Positions 45,326 through 58,613 of a stretch of DNA of 64,000 bases are shown here, piece by piece; the first letter of the stretch is position 1; each line of letters starts with the position of its first letter. The stretch comes from Anaeramoeba ignava BMAN (Eukaryota; Protista; Anaeramoebae). The stretch covers positions 186,001-250,000 of the forward strand of contig JAPDFW010000084.1 of the NCBI GenBank assembly GCA_028826165.1, given 5' to 3'. The notes below the pieces were generated by a model. It worked only from the letters and a program-made list of their open reading frames with translations. It did not search any database and was not told the DNA's origin. Both the position numbers and the translations under genes were made by a program.

Positions 45326-47643
45326 TTAAAGTCGTTTTTTTAAGAAAAGATTCTTTAAATCTTTTGGAAGGAATTTAAGTTTGTAAATATTTGAACAATC
45401 TTCATCTGTAATTTTAGAATCTGAAAATTTAGGAATAATTGATTCAAGAAAACTTTTTGGATGTTCAAATTCAATATCAACATGTTTTCCATAATTTTCA
45501 ATCATTTCAGAATAAATTGAAAATAAACTTAAATATTTAGTAAAGTTTTCATTTTCAACTGCCATTTTCATAATTCTTCTCATTTTCTTAAGTCGATTAA
45601 TATTAAAGAATTTTTCATCTTTCGAGAATATTTCAAGATTATCATTTAAATTAAGAAATTCTAAACATATATTTTCAAGTTCTTTTGATTCATTTTCAAT
45701 AGCAAAATCTAAAATAAATCCAACATTTTCATTTGAAATAATTTCATTAATTTTGTGATTAATCTTTTTTTGTAATTCATTTAAATCAAATTTTGAACTT
45801 GCAACCCAAGATTTCTTAAGTAATTCAATATCAAATCCTTCTAAATTAATTTGATTTGTGTAAAAATATTCAAGAATCATTTTCATAATTTTAGGATCAA
45901 CATCTGGTAATTTGATTTGTTTAGATAATGATTGTTTGCAATAATTGAAAAAATAAGGAGTTCTAATCATTAATATTCCTCTGTGACATTTTAATGGTGT
46001 ATTATTTCCTCCAGCAAATATTGTAAAATCATAATGAAATGTATTAGCATTTTCAAATAAAATTGAAAGATATTTATTTGATTCTTTCGTTTTTTGTTCA
46101 TTTTCTTCATTCTCTTTTTTATATTGATTTATTAACTTCTCTTTTGTTAAAATTGTTTCTTCAAGTGTTTTTCTTTCAGATTCATTTTTGCTATTTTCTT
46201 CATTTTTGGATTCTAATTGAGAAACTAATTCTTTAATTTTTACATCTTTTTCCTCATTCTCTTTTTTAAGTTGCATTATTAAATTCTCTATTGTTAAAAT
46301 TGTTTCTTCAAATTTTTTTTGTTCAGTTTCATTTGCATCTTTCTTGAGTTTTAATTCAATTTCTTGTTCTTTTTTGCGTTTTTCTTCTTCTTGCTCTTGT
46401 TTGCGTTTTGCTTCTTCTGCTTTTGCTTTTTGTTCTTCTGCTTCCTTGCGTTTTGCTTCTTCTGCTTTTGCTTTTTGTTCTTCTGCGGCGATAGTTGGAT
46501 ATGTTGCAAAACGGGTTGCAATTTTACGTAACTCTGCTGTGTTTTGGCATAATTGCTGAGCCTCTTGGACATTTTTTTTAACTTCAGATATGTCTTTATC
46601 GTAAATTTGTAAAAAATCAGATTCAAGTTTTTGAGCCAATGTGTTTATGTATTTTGGTAGGTTTGAGACAATGCTTTCGCTATAGTTAGTTGGTATTTTG
46701 CCCTCTTTGTATTGATTATTAAGTGCATTTGTTAAATTTTTAACGGCTGAGGCTACCTTACCAATGCTCGAGTGAAAAGCGTTACGTATTTCTGGGTTTA
46801 AATAAGTAAATTTACCAGCGTATTTTATTTCTGTACGATTTTGTTTAGGCGTAATTTGCAGATTGTTGATGCAGGTGGTAAATGCTTGTGGGTTGCTTGC
46901 TTGATCTGCTAACGTTTTTAATTGCTTGGCGTTATGTTCCCCAATCGCATTTAACGCGTGACTTCTAATGCTTGCAGAATTGGCTCCAGTTGGAGTTTTG
47001 TGATTTAAATACTCACTCCAAGTATTAAATCCTGCATACTCAGATTCGGTCTGATTGTTAGCGTTAAGGTTTTGACTCCATTTTTCTCCACGAAATGATT
47101 GTTTAAATTTTAAATCTTTTTCCTCATTCTCTTTTTTAAGTTGAGTAATAAGTTCTTCTTGTTTTTTATTTTCATTTTCAAATTGAGTTTTTTGTTGTAG
47201 AATTTCTTGTTTAAGCTTTTCAAGTTCAGAAATTGATACTAAATTTTTTCTTTCTTCAACAAGTTGGTCTTTTTCTTTTTGAATTTGTTGTTGAATTTCT
47301 CTTAATTGTTTCAACTCATCCAAAATTTTTTGATTCTGTTCTTCAAAATGTTTGGGTTCCATTTATTTATTTGCTTAATTATTTGTTTGTTTGTTTATTT
47401 GCTTAAAATTAATTTTGTTTTTTTTGTTTTTTTGTTTTGAAAAAAATGGGTTTTAAATTTTTTAAAAAAATTGTCCGTTTTTTTTGATTTTTTTTGATTT
47501 TTTTTTTTGTTTTTTACATCTCCTTTTGTTTGATTATCTATTTCATTTAATTTTGTTTTAACTTGACTGAATTCATCCATCATTTCTTTTCTTCTTTCTT
47601 CAAATCGTTTATGAAAATCTCCATGATGATGACCTCTACTCAT
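45326..47643 (-). CDS. Coiled-coil + BTB/POZ(-BACK-like) protein, paralogue A, with 290-aa in-frame insert
   Basis: ORF 45326-47362 with BTB YDFTIFAG...LKCHRGILMIRTPYF...MILEYFYT. Probable first exon 47518-47643 (MSRGHHHG...KGD|GT); acceptor uncertain. Confidence 0.85.
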
Positions 47644-48195
47644 TTTATAATAATAATTTTGAAAAAAAAAATGATTTTTTTTCTTTTTCTTTTTCTTTTC
47701 CAAATTTTTTTTGTTTTTCTTTATTTTTTATTAAGATCTTTTTTTTATTATTATTATTCATCAAATCCCAATTTAATCAACAAATTTGGATTAAAATAAT
47801 TAAATCAAAAATAATCAAATCCAAAATAATCAAATCTAAAATAATTAAATCTAAAATATTTAAATCCAAAATAATCAAATCTAAAATAATTAAATCAAAA
47901 ATAATTAAATCTAAAATAATTAAATCCAAAAATAATTAAATCTAAAAATAATTTTAGATTAAAAATATTTTTTTTTTTGTGAAATAATCTTTTATTCTTA
48001 TTTTTTCTTTTTTGTTTTTTTTTGGAATTTGGAAAAGAAAAAGAATTGGGAAAAGAAAAAGAATTGGAAAAGAAAAATAATTGGAAAAGAAAAAGAATTA
48101 GAAAAGAAAAAGAATTGGAAAAATAATTGGAAAAGAAAAATAATTAGAAAAAGAATTTGGAAAAAGAATTAGAAAAGTAATTGTTTGTGTTTGAA

Positions 48196-49649
48196 TTAAA
48201 GTCGTTTTTTTAAGAAAAGATTCTTTAAATCTTTTGGAAGGAATTTAAGTTTGTAAATATTTGAACAATCTTCATCTGTAATTTTAGAATCTGAAAATTT
48301 AGGAATAATTGATTCAAGAAAACTTTTTGGATGTTCAAATTCAATATCAACATGTTTTCCATAATTTTCAATCATTTCAGAATAAATTGAAAATAAACTT
48401 AAATATTTAGTAAAGTTTTCATTTTCAACTGCCATTTTCATAATTCTTCTCATTTTCTTAAGTCTGTTAATATTAAAGAATTTTTCATCTTTTGAAAATA
48501 TTTCAAGATTATCATTTAAATTAAGAAATTCTAAACATATATTTTCAAGTTCTTTTGATTCATTTTCAATAGCAAAATCTAAAATAAATCCAACATTCTC
48601 ATTTGAAATAATTTCATTAATTTTGTGATTAATCTTTTTTTGTAATTCATTTAAATCAAATTTTGAACTTGTAACCCAAGATTTCTTAAGTAATTCAATA
48701 TCAAATCCTTCTAAATTAATTTGATTTGTGTAAAAATATTCAAGAATCATTTTCATAATTTTAGGATCAACATCTGATAATTTGATTTGTTTAGATAATG
48801 ATTGTTTGCAATAATTGAAAAAATAAGGAGTTCTAATCATTAATATTCCTCTGTGACATTTTAATGGTGTATTGTTTTCTCCAGCAAATATTGTAAAATC
48901 ATAATGGAATGTATTAGCATTTTCAAATAAAATTGAAAGATATTTATTTGATTCTTTCATTTTTTGTTCATTTTCTTCATTCCCTTTTTTATATTGATTT
49001 ATTAACTTCTCTTTTGTTAAAATTGTTTCTTCAAGTGTTTTTCTTTCAGATTCATTTTTGCTATTTTCTTCATTTTTGGATTCTAATTGAGAAACTAATT
49101 CTTTAATTTTTAAATCTTTTTCCTCATTCTCTTTTTTAAGTTGAGTAATAAGTTCTTCTTGTTTTTTATTTTCATTTTCAAATTGAGTTTTTTGTTGTAG
49201 AATTTCTTGTTTAAGCTTTTCAAGTTCAGAAATTGATACTAAATTTTTTCTTTCTTCAACAAGTTGGTCTTTTTCTTTTTGAATTTGTTGTTGAATTTCT
49301 CTTAATTGTTTCAACTCATCCAAAATTTTTTGATTCTGTTCTTCAAAATGTTGATGATGATGAGGTCCGCCATGATGTCCATGATGAGGTCCACGATGTC
49401 CGCGATGCATTTTTTTAATTAATTTTGTTTTTTTTGTTTTTTTGTTTTGAAAAAAATGGGTTTTAAATTTTTTAAAAAAATTGTCCGTTTTTTTTGATTT
49501 TTTTTTTTTTTTTTGTTTTTTACATCTCCTTTTGTTTGATTATCTATTTCATTTAATTTTGTTTTAACTTGACTGAATTCATCCATCATTTCTTTTCTTC
49601 TTTCTTCAAACCGTTTATGAAAATCTCCATGATGATGACCTCTACTCAT
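48196..49649 (-). CDS. Coiled-coil + BTB protein, paralogue B
   Basis: ORF 48196-49410 is near-identical to paralogue A without the insert. Probable first exon 49524-49649. Confidence 0.85.
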
Positions 49650-50284
49650 TTTATAATAATAATTTTGAAAAAAAAATGATTTTTTCTTTTTCTTTTTCTT
49701 TTCCAAATTTTTGTTTTTCCAAATTTTTGTTTTTCTTTATTTTTTATTAAATCTTTTTTAAAATAATTAAATCCAAAATAATTAAATCAAAAATAATTAA
49801 ATCCAAAAATAAATCAACAAATCAAAAAAATTTATAATTAAATCTAAATAATAAATCAAAAATAATTAAATCAAAAATATTTTAAATCTAAAATAATTAA
49901 ATCAAAAATAATTAAATCAAAAATACTTTTCTAAAGATTTAAAAATTTTTAAAATAATCTTTAATTCAAAATTATTTTTCTTTTTAATTTTTGAATTTGG
50001 AAAATCAAAAAAATAATTGGAAAAGAAAAAATAATTAAATCCAAAATAATTAAAAAAAAAAGAATTAAAAAAATAAAAAAAAAAAATAATTAAAAAAATA
50101 ATTTAATTAAAAAAATTAAATCTAAAAATAAAAGAATTGGAAAAAGATCAAAAATAATTTAGATTAAAAATGTTTTTGGAAAAAATTTTTATTCTTATTT
50201 TTCTTTTTGTTTTTGAATTTATATTGGAAAAGAAAAAGAATTGGAAAAAGAATTAGAAGGAAAAGTAATTATTTGTGTTTGATT

Positions 50285-51822
50285 TTAAAGTCGTTTTTTT
50301 AAGAAAAGATTCTTTAAATCTTTTGGAAGGAATTTAAGTTTGTAAATATTTGAACAATCTTCATCTGTAATTTTAGAATCTGAAAATTTAGGAATAATTG
50401 ATTCAAGAAAACTTTTTGGATGTTCAAATTCAATATCAATATGTTTTCCATAATTTTCAATCATTTCAGAATAAATTGAAAATAAACTTAAATATTTAGT
50501 AAAGTTTTCATTTTCAACTGCCATTTTCATAATTCTTCTCATTTTCTTAAGTCGATTAATATTAAAGAATTTTTCATCTTTCGAGAATATTTCAAGATTA
50601 TCATTTAAATTAAGAAATTCTAAACATATATTTTCAAGTTCTTTTGATTCATTTTCAATAGCAAGATCTAAAATAAATCCAACATTCTCATTTGAAATAA
50701 TTTCATTGATTTTGTGATTAATCTTTTTTTGTAATTCATTTAAATCAAATTTTGAACTTGCAACCCAAGATTTCTTAAGTAATTCAATATCAAATCCTTC
50801 TAAATTAATTTGATTTGTGTAAAAATATTCAAGAATCATTTTCATAATTTTAGGATCAACATCTGATAATTTGATTTGTTTGGATAATGATTGTTTGCAA
50901 TAATTGAAAAAATAAGGAGTTCTAATCATTAATATTCCTCTGTGACATTTTAATGGTGTATTGTTTTCTCCAGCAAATATTGTAAAATCATAATGGAATG
51001 TATTAGCATTTTCAAATAAAATTGAAAGATATTTATTTGATTCTTTCGTTTTTTGTTCATTTTCTTCATTCTCTTTTTTATATTGATTTATTAACTTCTC
51101 TTTTGTTAAAATTGTTTCTTCAAATGTTTTTCTTTCAGATTCATTTTTGCCATTTTCTTCATTTTTGGATTCTAATTGAGAAACTAATTCTTTAATTTTT
51201 AAATCTTTTTCCTCATTCTCTTTTTTAAGTTGAGTAATAAGTTCTTCTTGTTTTTTATTTTCATTTTCAAGTTGAATTTTTTGTTGTAGAATTTCTTGTT
51301 TAAGCTTTTCAAGTTTAGAAATTGATTCTAGATGTTCGTTTCTTTCTTGAAGGAGTTGGTTTTTTTCTTTTTGGATTTGTTGTTGAGTTTCACTTAATTG
51401 TTTCAACTCATCCAAAATTTTTTGAGTCTGTCCTGAATCAGGAGGAGGAGGAGAAGGTCCACGAGGAGGAGGAGGGGAATTAGGAGGGGAATGAAAATCA
51501 TGACGATGATGACCATGACGAGGTCCACCACCACCACCACCACGAGGAGGTCCACGATGTCCATGATGTCCGTGATGCATTTGTTTAATTAATTTTGTTT
51601 TTTTTGTTTTTTTGTTTTGAAAAAAATGGGTTTTAAATTTTTTAAAAAAATTGTCCGTTTTTTTTGATTTTTTTTTTTTTTTTTGTTTTTTACATCTCCT
51701 TTTGTTTGATTATCTATTTCATTTAATTTTGTTTTAACTTGACTGAATTCATCCATCATTTCTTTTCTTCTTTCTTCAAATTTTTTATGTCTTTCTTCTC
51801 TATTTCCGTATCTTCCACTCAT
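50285..51822 (-). CDS. Coiled-coil + BTB protein, paralogue C (His/Gly/Pro-rich leader)
   Basis: ORF 50285-51580 shares a near-identical C-terminal region of over 300 aa. Probable first exon 51694-51822. Confidence 0.85.
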
Positions 51823-51901
51823 TTTTTTTGAATTAAAAAATAATTTTGAAAAAAAAATGATTTTTTGTTGTTTTCTTTCCAAATTTCTTTCCAAATTTTT
51901 T

Positions 51902-53276
51902 TTAAATTAAAGAATAATCAAATAACCAAAATTTTTCATTAATTTCTTTTTCATTCAGAAATTGGACTCTTTTCTCTTTCTTTTTAATTGATTCTTTTTG
52001 ATTTCTTTTTGGATTTTCGAAATTATTAAATTCTTTTTTCTTCCTTTTTTTCTCTTCATTTTTTCTTTCTGAAAACTTCACTAATTTTTTGATTTTGTTT
52101 GAGATATTTTCCAAATTCGAATTCATTTTGATTAAATCTTCTTTCATTTTCAATTTTTCATCAAAATCTTTTTGAAAATTAAAATTGGAATTATCTTTTT
52201 TGGCTTCTTTGATTTGATCAACTTTTTGAATAATATTTTTGAGTATTTCTTTCTTAAATTTTTTAATTTGAGAAATTAATGAGTTTTGATTTTGATTTTG
52301 ATTTTGATTTTGATTTTGGAAATGTAAAATTTGCTCAATTTTTTCATTTTGATTTTCTAATTTGGATTCTAATTTATTTTCTAAATTAATTCCTTTTTCC
52401 TCAAAAATTTTCAATTCTTTTTGTAAATTTTCATTTGAAAGTTGATTTTCTTGATTTCGATTTTGGGATTCTTTTATGAAAAATTTCATAAATTGATCAA
52501 ATTTTTCATTCCATTCTTTTTTCATTATTAAAATTTCATTTAGAAATTGATTTTTATCTTTTTGAATTTCTTCAAGTGAAATTTGCATTTTGTTCATTTG
52601 ATTTCTGAATTCTTGAATAAATTGGGAATTTATTAGAATAATTTCCTTTACATTTACTTCATTTTGTTTATTATTTTGTTTCAAATTTTTAATTTCTTCA
52701 ATCATTTCTTTTGAAGAATTTTCAAAATGATCAAGAATTTCCATTTTTGAATTTAAATTTTCAGTTAATTTTTGGATTTTGGATAATTTATGTTTAGTTT
52801 TCAATGAAGTTTGATCAAAAAAAGAAATTAATTCAAAATTTGATTTATTTTTTGTTAAATTGTCTTCAATAGAATTTTTTCTTAAATCTTCTCTAGGAAT
52901 TGATAATAAATTTCTTGTTTGATTTCCATTATTTTTTAAATATTTTTGTGAAGAATTTTGAAGAGAAGATTTAAAATGAGAAAAAGATCTTCTGAATGAA
53001 TTCTATTTAAATTTAAATTTAAATAAATAAAAAGAAAGAAAAGAAAAAATGAGAAAAAATTGACAGGAAAAAAAATATTTTTTTTTTGAATTAATTTCTT
53101 TTTTTTTTTACAAGAGAATCTTGTGAATTTGAAAAAGATTTAATTGAATTTTGTGAACTTTGAAGATCTTGTGATTTTTCTGATAAATTAAATTCAAGAT
53201 TTTCTTTAGCTATTAGATCTTGAAGAGAAGGAGTTGTTTTTAAAATTGATTCTTGAGTTTTTTGATTAAAATTCAT
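51902..53276 (-). CDS. Hypothetical coiled-coil protein (2 exons)
   Basis: Exons 53112-53276 and 51902-53002 join in frame across a GT-AG intron. K/E/N/Q-rich heptads; no family recognised. Confidence 0.65.
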
Positions 53277-53339
53277 TATAAAAAAAAATACAGAAAAAAA
53301 AAGTGAATTTTGGAAAAATGTTTTTTTTTTTTTTGATCT

Positions 53340-53645
53340 AAAAACAAAAAAAAAAACAAAAAACAAAAAAAAAAAAACAAAAACAAAAACAAAAACAAAA
53401 AACAAAAACAAAAACAAAAACAAAAACAAAAACAAAAACAAAAACAAAAACAAAAACAAAAACAAAAACAAAAACAAAAACAAAAACAAAAACAAAAACA
53501 AAAACAACATTTTTCATTTTTTCATTTTTTCATTTTTTCATTTTTTCATTTTTTCATTTTTTCATTTTTTCATTTTTTCATTTTTTCATTTTTTCATTTT
53601 TTCATTTTTTCATTTTTTCATTTTTTCATTTTTCATTTTTTTTGT
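53340..53645. repeat. (AAAAAC)n followed by (TTTTTTCA)n between divergent genes
   Basis: Two abutting pure arrays occupy most of the 370-bp gap between the start codons at 53276 (-) and 53647 (+). Confidence 0.9.
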
Positions 53646-53646
53646 T

Positions 53647-55881
53647 ATGAAATTTATTTTTTTATTAATTCTTTTCTTATTACAAATAAAAATTGGAATT
53701 TCTATTGATTGTGTTGATGTACAAGCTTCTTTACTTGATTGCAATTATTCAACAAATTGCACATTTGGAGAAGATACAGAAACATCTTGTACAGTTCCAC
53801 TTTCTATTAATTGTTCTGTAAAAATAATTATATATTTATATTTATATTTATATTTATATTTATATTTATATTTACAATTATATTTACAATTATATTTATA
53901 TATATATTTATATTTATAATTATATTTATATTTATAATTATATTTATATTTATATTTATATTTATATTTATATTTATATTTATATTTATATTTATATTTA
54001 TATTTATATTTATATTTATATTTATATTTATATTTATATTTATAATTATATTTATATTTATATTTATATTTATATTTATATTTTATATTTTATATTTTAT
54101 ATTTATATTTTATTTTTATATTTATATTTATATTTATATTTATATTTATATTTATATTTATATTTATATTTATATTTATAATTATATTTATATTTATAAT
54201 TATATTTATATTTATGTTATTTATATTTATATTTTATATTTATATTTATATTTATATTTATATTTATATTTATATTTATATTTATATTTATATTTATATT
54301 TATATTTATATTTATATTTATATTTATATTTATATTTATATTTATATTTATATTTATATTTATATTTATATTTATATTTATATTTATATTTATATTTATA
54401 TTTATATTTATATTTATAATTATATTTATATTTATATTTATATTTACAATTATATTTATAATTATATTTATATTTATATTTATATTTATATTTATATTTA
54501 TATTTATATTTATATTTATATTTATATTTATATTTATATTTATATTTATATTTATAATGATAACAAAATATAAAGGGATTAAGAGATTTTAATAAAACTC
54601 ATACTTGTCAATTTTGCTATCAAACTGATGATTATTTACATATTTGCTCTAATAAAACAAGTTGCCATGTTGGACGTAAAGAAAGTTATTATTTAGCAAC
54701 ATGTGATGTTAGAGATGATATTTTTTGTGCAGGAACAAGAACATTTCCGAAATATCAATACTGTAATTTTGCATCTAAAAAATCATGGAAAAAAACCTTA
54801 ATTTTAAGGTAATTTAAAAAAGGATTTCTCTTAATTTTTTATTTTGATTTAAAATTAAATTTATAAATTAAATTTATAAATAAAATTTAGCATTACACTT
54901 GGAGGATTTGGAGGTGATAGATTTTATTTAGTAAATTTTAAGAAAAGAATCCAAACATTTAATCCAAATTTAATTCAAAAATTTAATTCAAAATTAATTC
55001 AAAAATTTAATCCAAAATTAATCCAAAAATTTAATCCAAAATTTAATCCAAATTTAATTCAAATTTAATTCAAATTTAATTCAAAATTAACCCAAAATTT
55101 AATCCAAAAATTTAATCCAAAATTTAATCCAAAAATTTAATCCAAAAATTAATTCAAAAATTAATTCAAAAATTTAATCCAAAATTAATCCAAAAATTTA
55201 ATCCAAAAATTAATCCAAAATTTAATTCAAATTTAATCCAAAATTTAATTCAAAATTTAATTCAAAAATTAATTCAAAAATTAATTCAAAAATTAATTCA
55301 AAAATTAATTCAAAAATTAATCCAAATTAATTTATTCAAAAATTTAATTCAAATTTAATTCAAAATTAATTCAAAATTAACCCAAAAATTAATTCAAAAT
55401 TTAATCCAAAAATTAATTCAAATTTAATTCAAAAATTTAATTCAAATTTAATCCAAATTTAATCCAAATTTAATTCAAAAATTAATCCAAATTAAATCTA
55501 AAATTAACCCAAAATTTAATTCAAAAATTAATTCAAAAATTAATCCAAAATTTAATCCAAAATTTAATCCAAAAATTAATTCAAATTTAATTCAAAAATT
55601 AATTCAAAAATTAATCCAAAATTAATCCAAATTTAATCCAAAAATTAATTCAAATTTAATTCAAATTTAATTCAAAAATTAACCCAAAATTTAATTCAAA
55701 AATTTAAATGAAAAATTTAAATGAAAAATTCAAAATTAAAAAGGGAAATTATGGAGCAGGTATTGGAAAATTATTTACATTAGGAGGTTTTGGAGTTTGG
55801 ACAATTATTGATGTTGTTTTAATTGCAACAGGTTATATTCGACCAAGTGATGGTGGTTTTTATCAAGATTACAATTATTAA
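53647..55881 (+). CDS. TM2D3: TM2 domain protein, TM2D3/almondex-like
   Basis: Exons 53647-53817, 54576-54808, 54891-54930, 55744-55881. Signal peptide, Cys-rich ectodomain (CQFCYQ...[14 protein letters not shown]), then [52 protein letters not shown]. Confidence 0.88.
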
Positions 55882-56131
55882 TATTAATAATAATAATTAA
55901 AAATAATCTTTACAAAATTTAATTCTTAAAAAAATTTAAAGATTAATTGTTTTTTTTCTTTTTTTTTTCTCAACTTTTTTTTTACACAAATTTTTTATAA
56001 TTTCAAAAAAAAAAAAAGAAAAAGAAAAATGTTTATTTTGTTCAACAATTTTTCAACAATTATTTTGATCTAAATTAAAATAATAATTTAGATAAAAAAG
56101 AAGAAAAAAAACATTGTTCAAAATATTCAAA

Positions 56132-58351
56132 TTATTTAAACCAAAAATCCCAACCAGTATTTTTCATATTTGGATCTTGAAATTGGTTCATTTGATCAAT
56201 ATTTGAATTTTGGGATTTATTTTGGAATTTATGTTGAAATTTATTTTGGATATTTTGATTTGGATTTTGATTTGGATTTTCATTTATATTTTCATTTTGA
56301 ATTATATTTTCATTTTCATTTTCATTTATATTTTCATTTTGATTTTCATTTTGATTTTCATTTATATTTTCTTGAAAAAAAACTGAAATATTAAGTTGCT
56401 TATTTTGTGTTTGTGTTTCTTTTTCTGTTTCTGTTTGATTGATATAATCTGATGGAAAAAATTTTGCTTGAAAATAATGTAATTTTTGTTGAAAAAATAA
56501 CAACTCTTTTTCTGTCCAAAAATTAACTTTATTTTCTACATCTTCAGTTTTATTTTGTACTTTAAGATTATAACATTTTTCAAGAATTGCAATTAAAATT
56601 TTTCGAAAATGTTCAAGTTCGTTTTTTTGTGATGTATGATAATTTTGTTCTAAATCAATTTGATCTAAATATTCTTGTCCTAATTCGATAAGTTGTTTTG
56701 TTTGATTTTTAAGAAGTGTATTTTCGTTGTAAATTTTTTTGAATAAGTTTATTTGTTGTTGAACTAGTGGAATTGGTTGAAAAGGAGTTTTTCTAGATTT
56801 TTTATCAAATTAATTTTTTATCCGATTTTCATTTTAATTTTAATTTTAATTTTAATTTTAATTTTAAATTTAAATTTTAATTTTAATTTTAATTTTAATT
56901 TTAATTTTAATTTTAATTTTAATTTTAATTTTAATTTTAATTTTAATTTTAATTTTAATTTTAATTTTAATTTTAATTTTAATTTTAATTTTAATTTTAA
57001 TTTTAATTTTAATTTTAATTTTAATTTTAATTTTAATTTTAATTTTAATTTTAATCATAATTTTAATTTTAATTTTAATTTTAATTTTAATTTAAATTTA
57101 AATTTTGATTTTAAATTTAATTTTAATCATAATTTTGATTTTAATTTTGGAAATTACTTTTTATCAATTTCTGATTCAGAAAGAAAATTAAAAATATCAT
57201 CATCATCAATATCACTTTCACTTTCACTATCAGAAGAATTATATTCAATCTCTTGATCAGTTTCAGCATCACTGTCATCACTGTCATCACTATTATCTTT
57301 ATCATTGTAATAATTATTTCTATTCGGATTATTTTGAGTATTTATTCTTTCTACATTTTCAAATTGACTTTTATTTTGAAATTCATTTTGAAATTCATTT
57401 AGACTTTCATTTAAACTTTCATTTAAATTTTGATTTTGAAATTGATTTGTATTTTGAAATTGATTTTGATTTTGAAATTGACTTTTATTTTGAAATTCAT
57501 TTAAACTTTCATTTAAACTTTCATTTAGACTTTCATTTAAACTTTCATTTAAATTTTGATTTTGAAATTGATTTGTATTTTGATTTTGAAATTGATTTGT
57601 ATTTTGATTTCGAAATTGATTTTGATTTCGAAATTGATTTGTATTTTGATTTTGAAATTGATTTGTATTTTGATTTTGAAATTGATTTTGATTTCGAAAT
57701 TGATTTGTATTTTGAATTTGATTTTGAAATTGAAATTGATTTGTATTTTTGATTTTGAAATTGATTTGTATTTTGAAATTGATTTGTATTTTGAAATTGA
57801 TTTGTATTTTGATTTTGAAATTGATTTTGAAATTGATTTGTATTTTGAAATTGATTTGTATTTTGATTTTGAAATTGATTTTGAAATTGATTTTGAAATT
57901 GACTTTGAAATTCATTTTCATTTTCATCAAAATTATCAAAACCATTTCTTAATTTCATTTCTTCATAACTTCCAAATTGATTTTCTTCAAATTCTAATTC
58001 AGAATCAAATTGACTAAAAAGATAAAAAAAATTTTTTTTATTTTAATTTAAAATAATTGAAACAAAAGAAAATAAAAACTAATTTAATAAAATAAAAAAG
58101 GAAAGGAAATTTTTTACTCTTCAGAATTATTGCCTAAATGGATTAAAATAGTTTTGGATTTTTTAAATTTGTTTTAAAAATTTTTTTTTAAATTAAAAAA
58201 TCAAAAAAAAAAAGAATAAAAATTTTTTTTATAAAAATTTAGATAAAAAAATTTAGATAAAAAAATAAATAAATTTACGTTCAAGAGCAGCTCTTAATTC
58301 TTCAATCATTTCAAGATCAGAATCAGATAAAGAATCAATAAAACTTGTCAT
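56132..58351 (-). CDS. Hypothetical protein with QN/acidic low-complexity region (4 exons incl. 16-nt micro-exon; one slip at ~57748)
   Basis: Exons 58279-58351, 58118-58133, 57158-58013 and 56132-56792 have phase-compatible GT-AG junctions. One extra base in the NQF repeat. Confidence 0.6.
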
Positions 58352-58613
58352 TTATTTTTAAACTGGTTTTTTTTTTTGAAATAAAAATTTATCGAAAATA
58401 ATATTTTTTTTCGAAACAAAAAAAAGAAAAAGGAAAATAAAGGAAAATCAATTTAAAACAAAATTGTAAGTTAAACAAATTATTGAAAAAAGAAAAATGA
58501 GATGAAAATTTTTTTCAATTCAAAAATTTAATTTTTTTTTTTAAAATTAAAAAAAATCATTTTTCATTTTTTTTTTTTCATTTTTTCTTTCTTTTTTAAA
58601 ATTTATAAAAGAG

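Noticed and set aside
46238-47107. Second intein or DNA transposon in BTB paralogue A
   Set aside because: No Cys/Ser1, TxxH or terminal His-Asn with +1 nucleophile, no transposase motif and no terminal inverted repeats.
51902-53276. Assigning the coiled-coil protein to a known meiotic or centrosomal family
   Set aside because: Only generic low-complexity heptads are visible, with no diagnostic motif.
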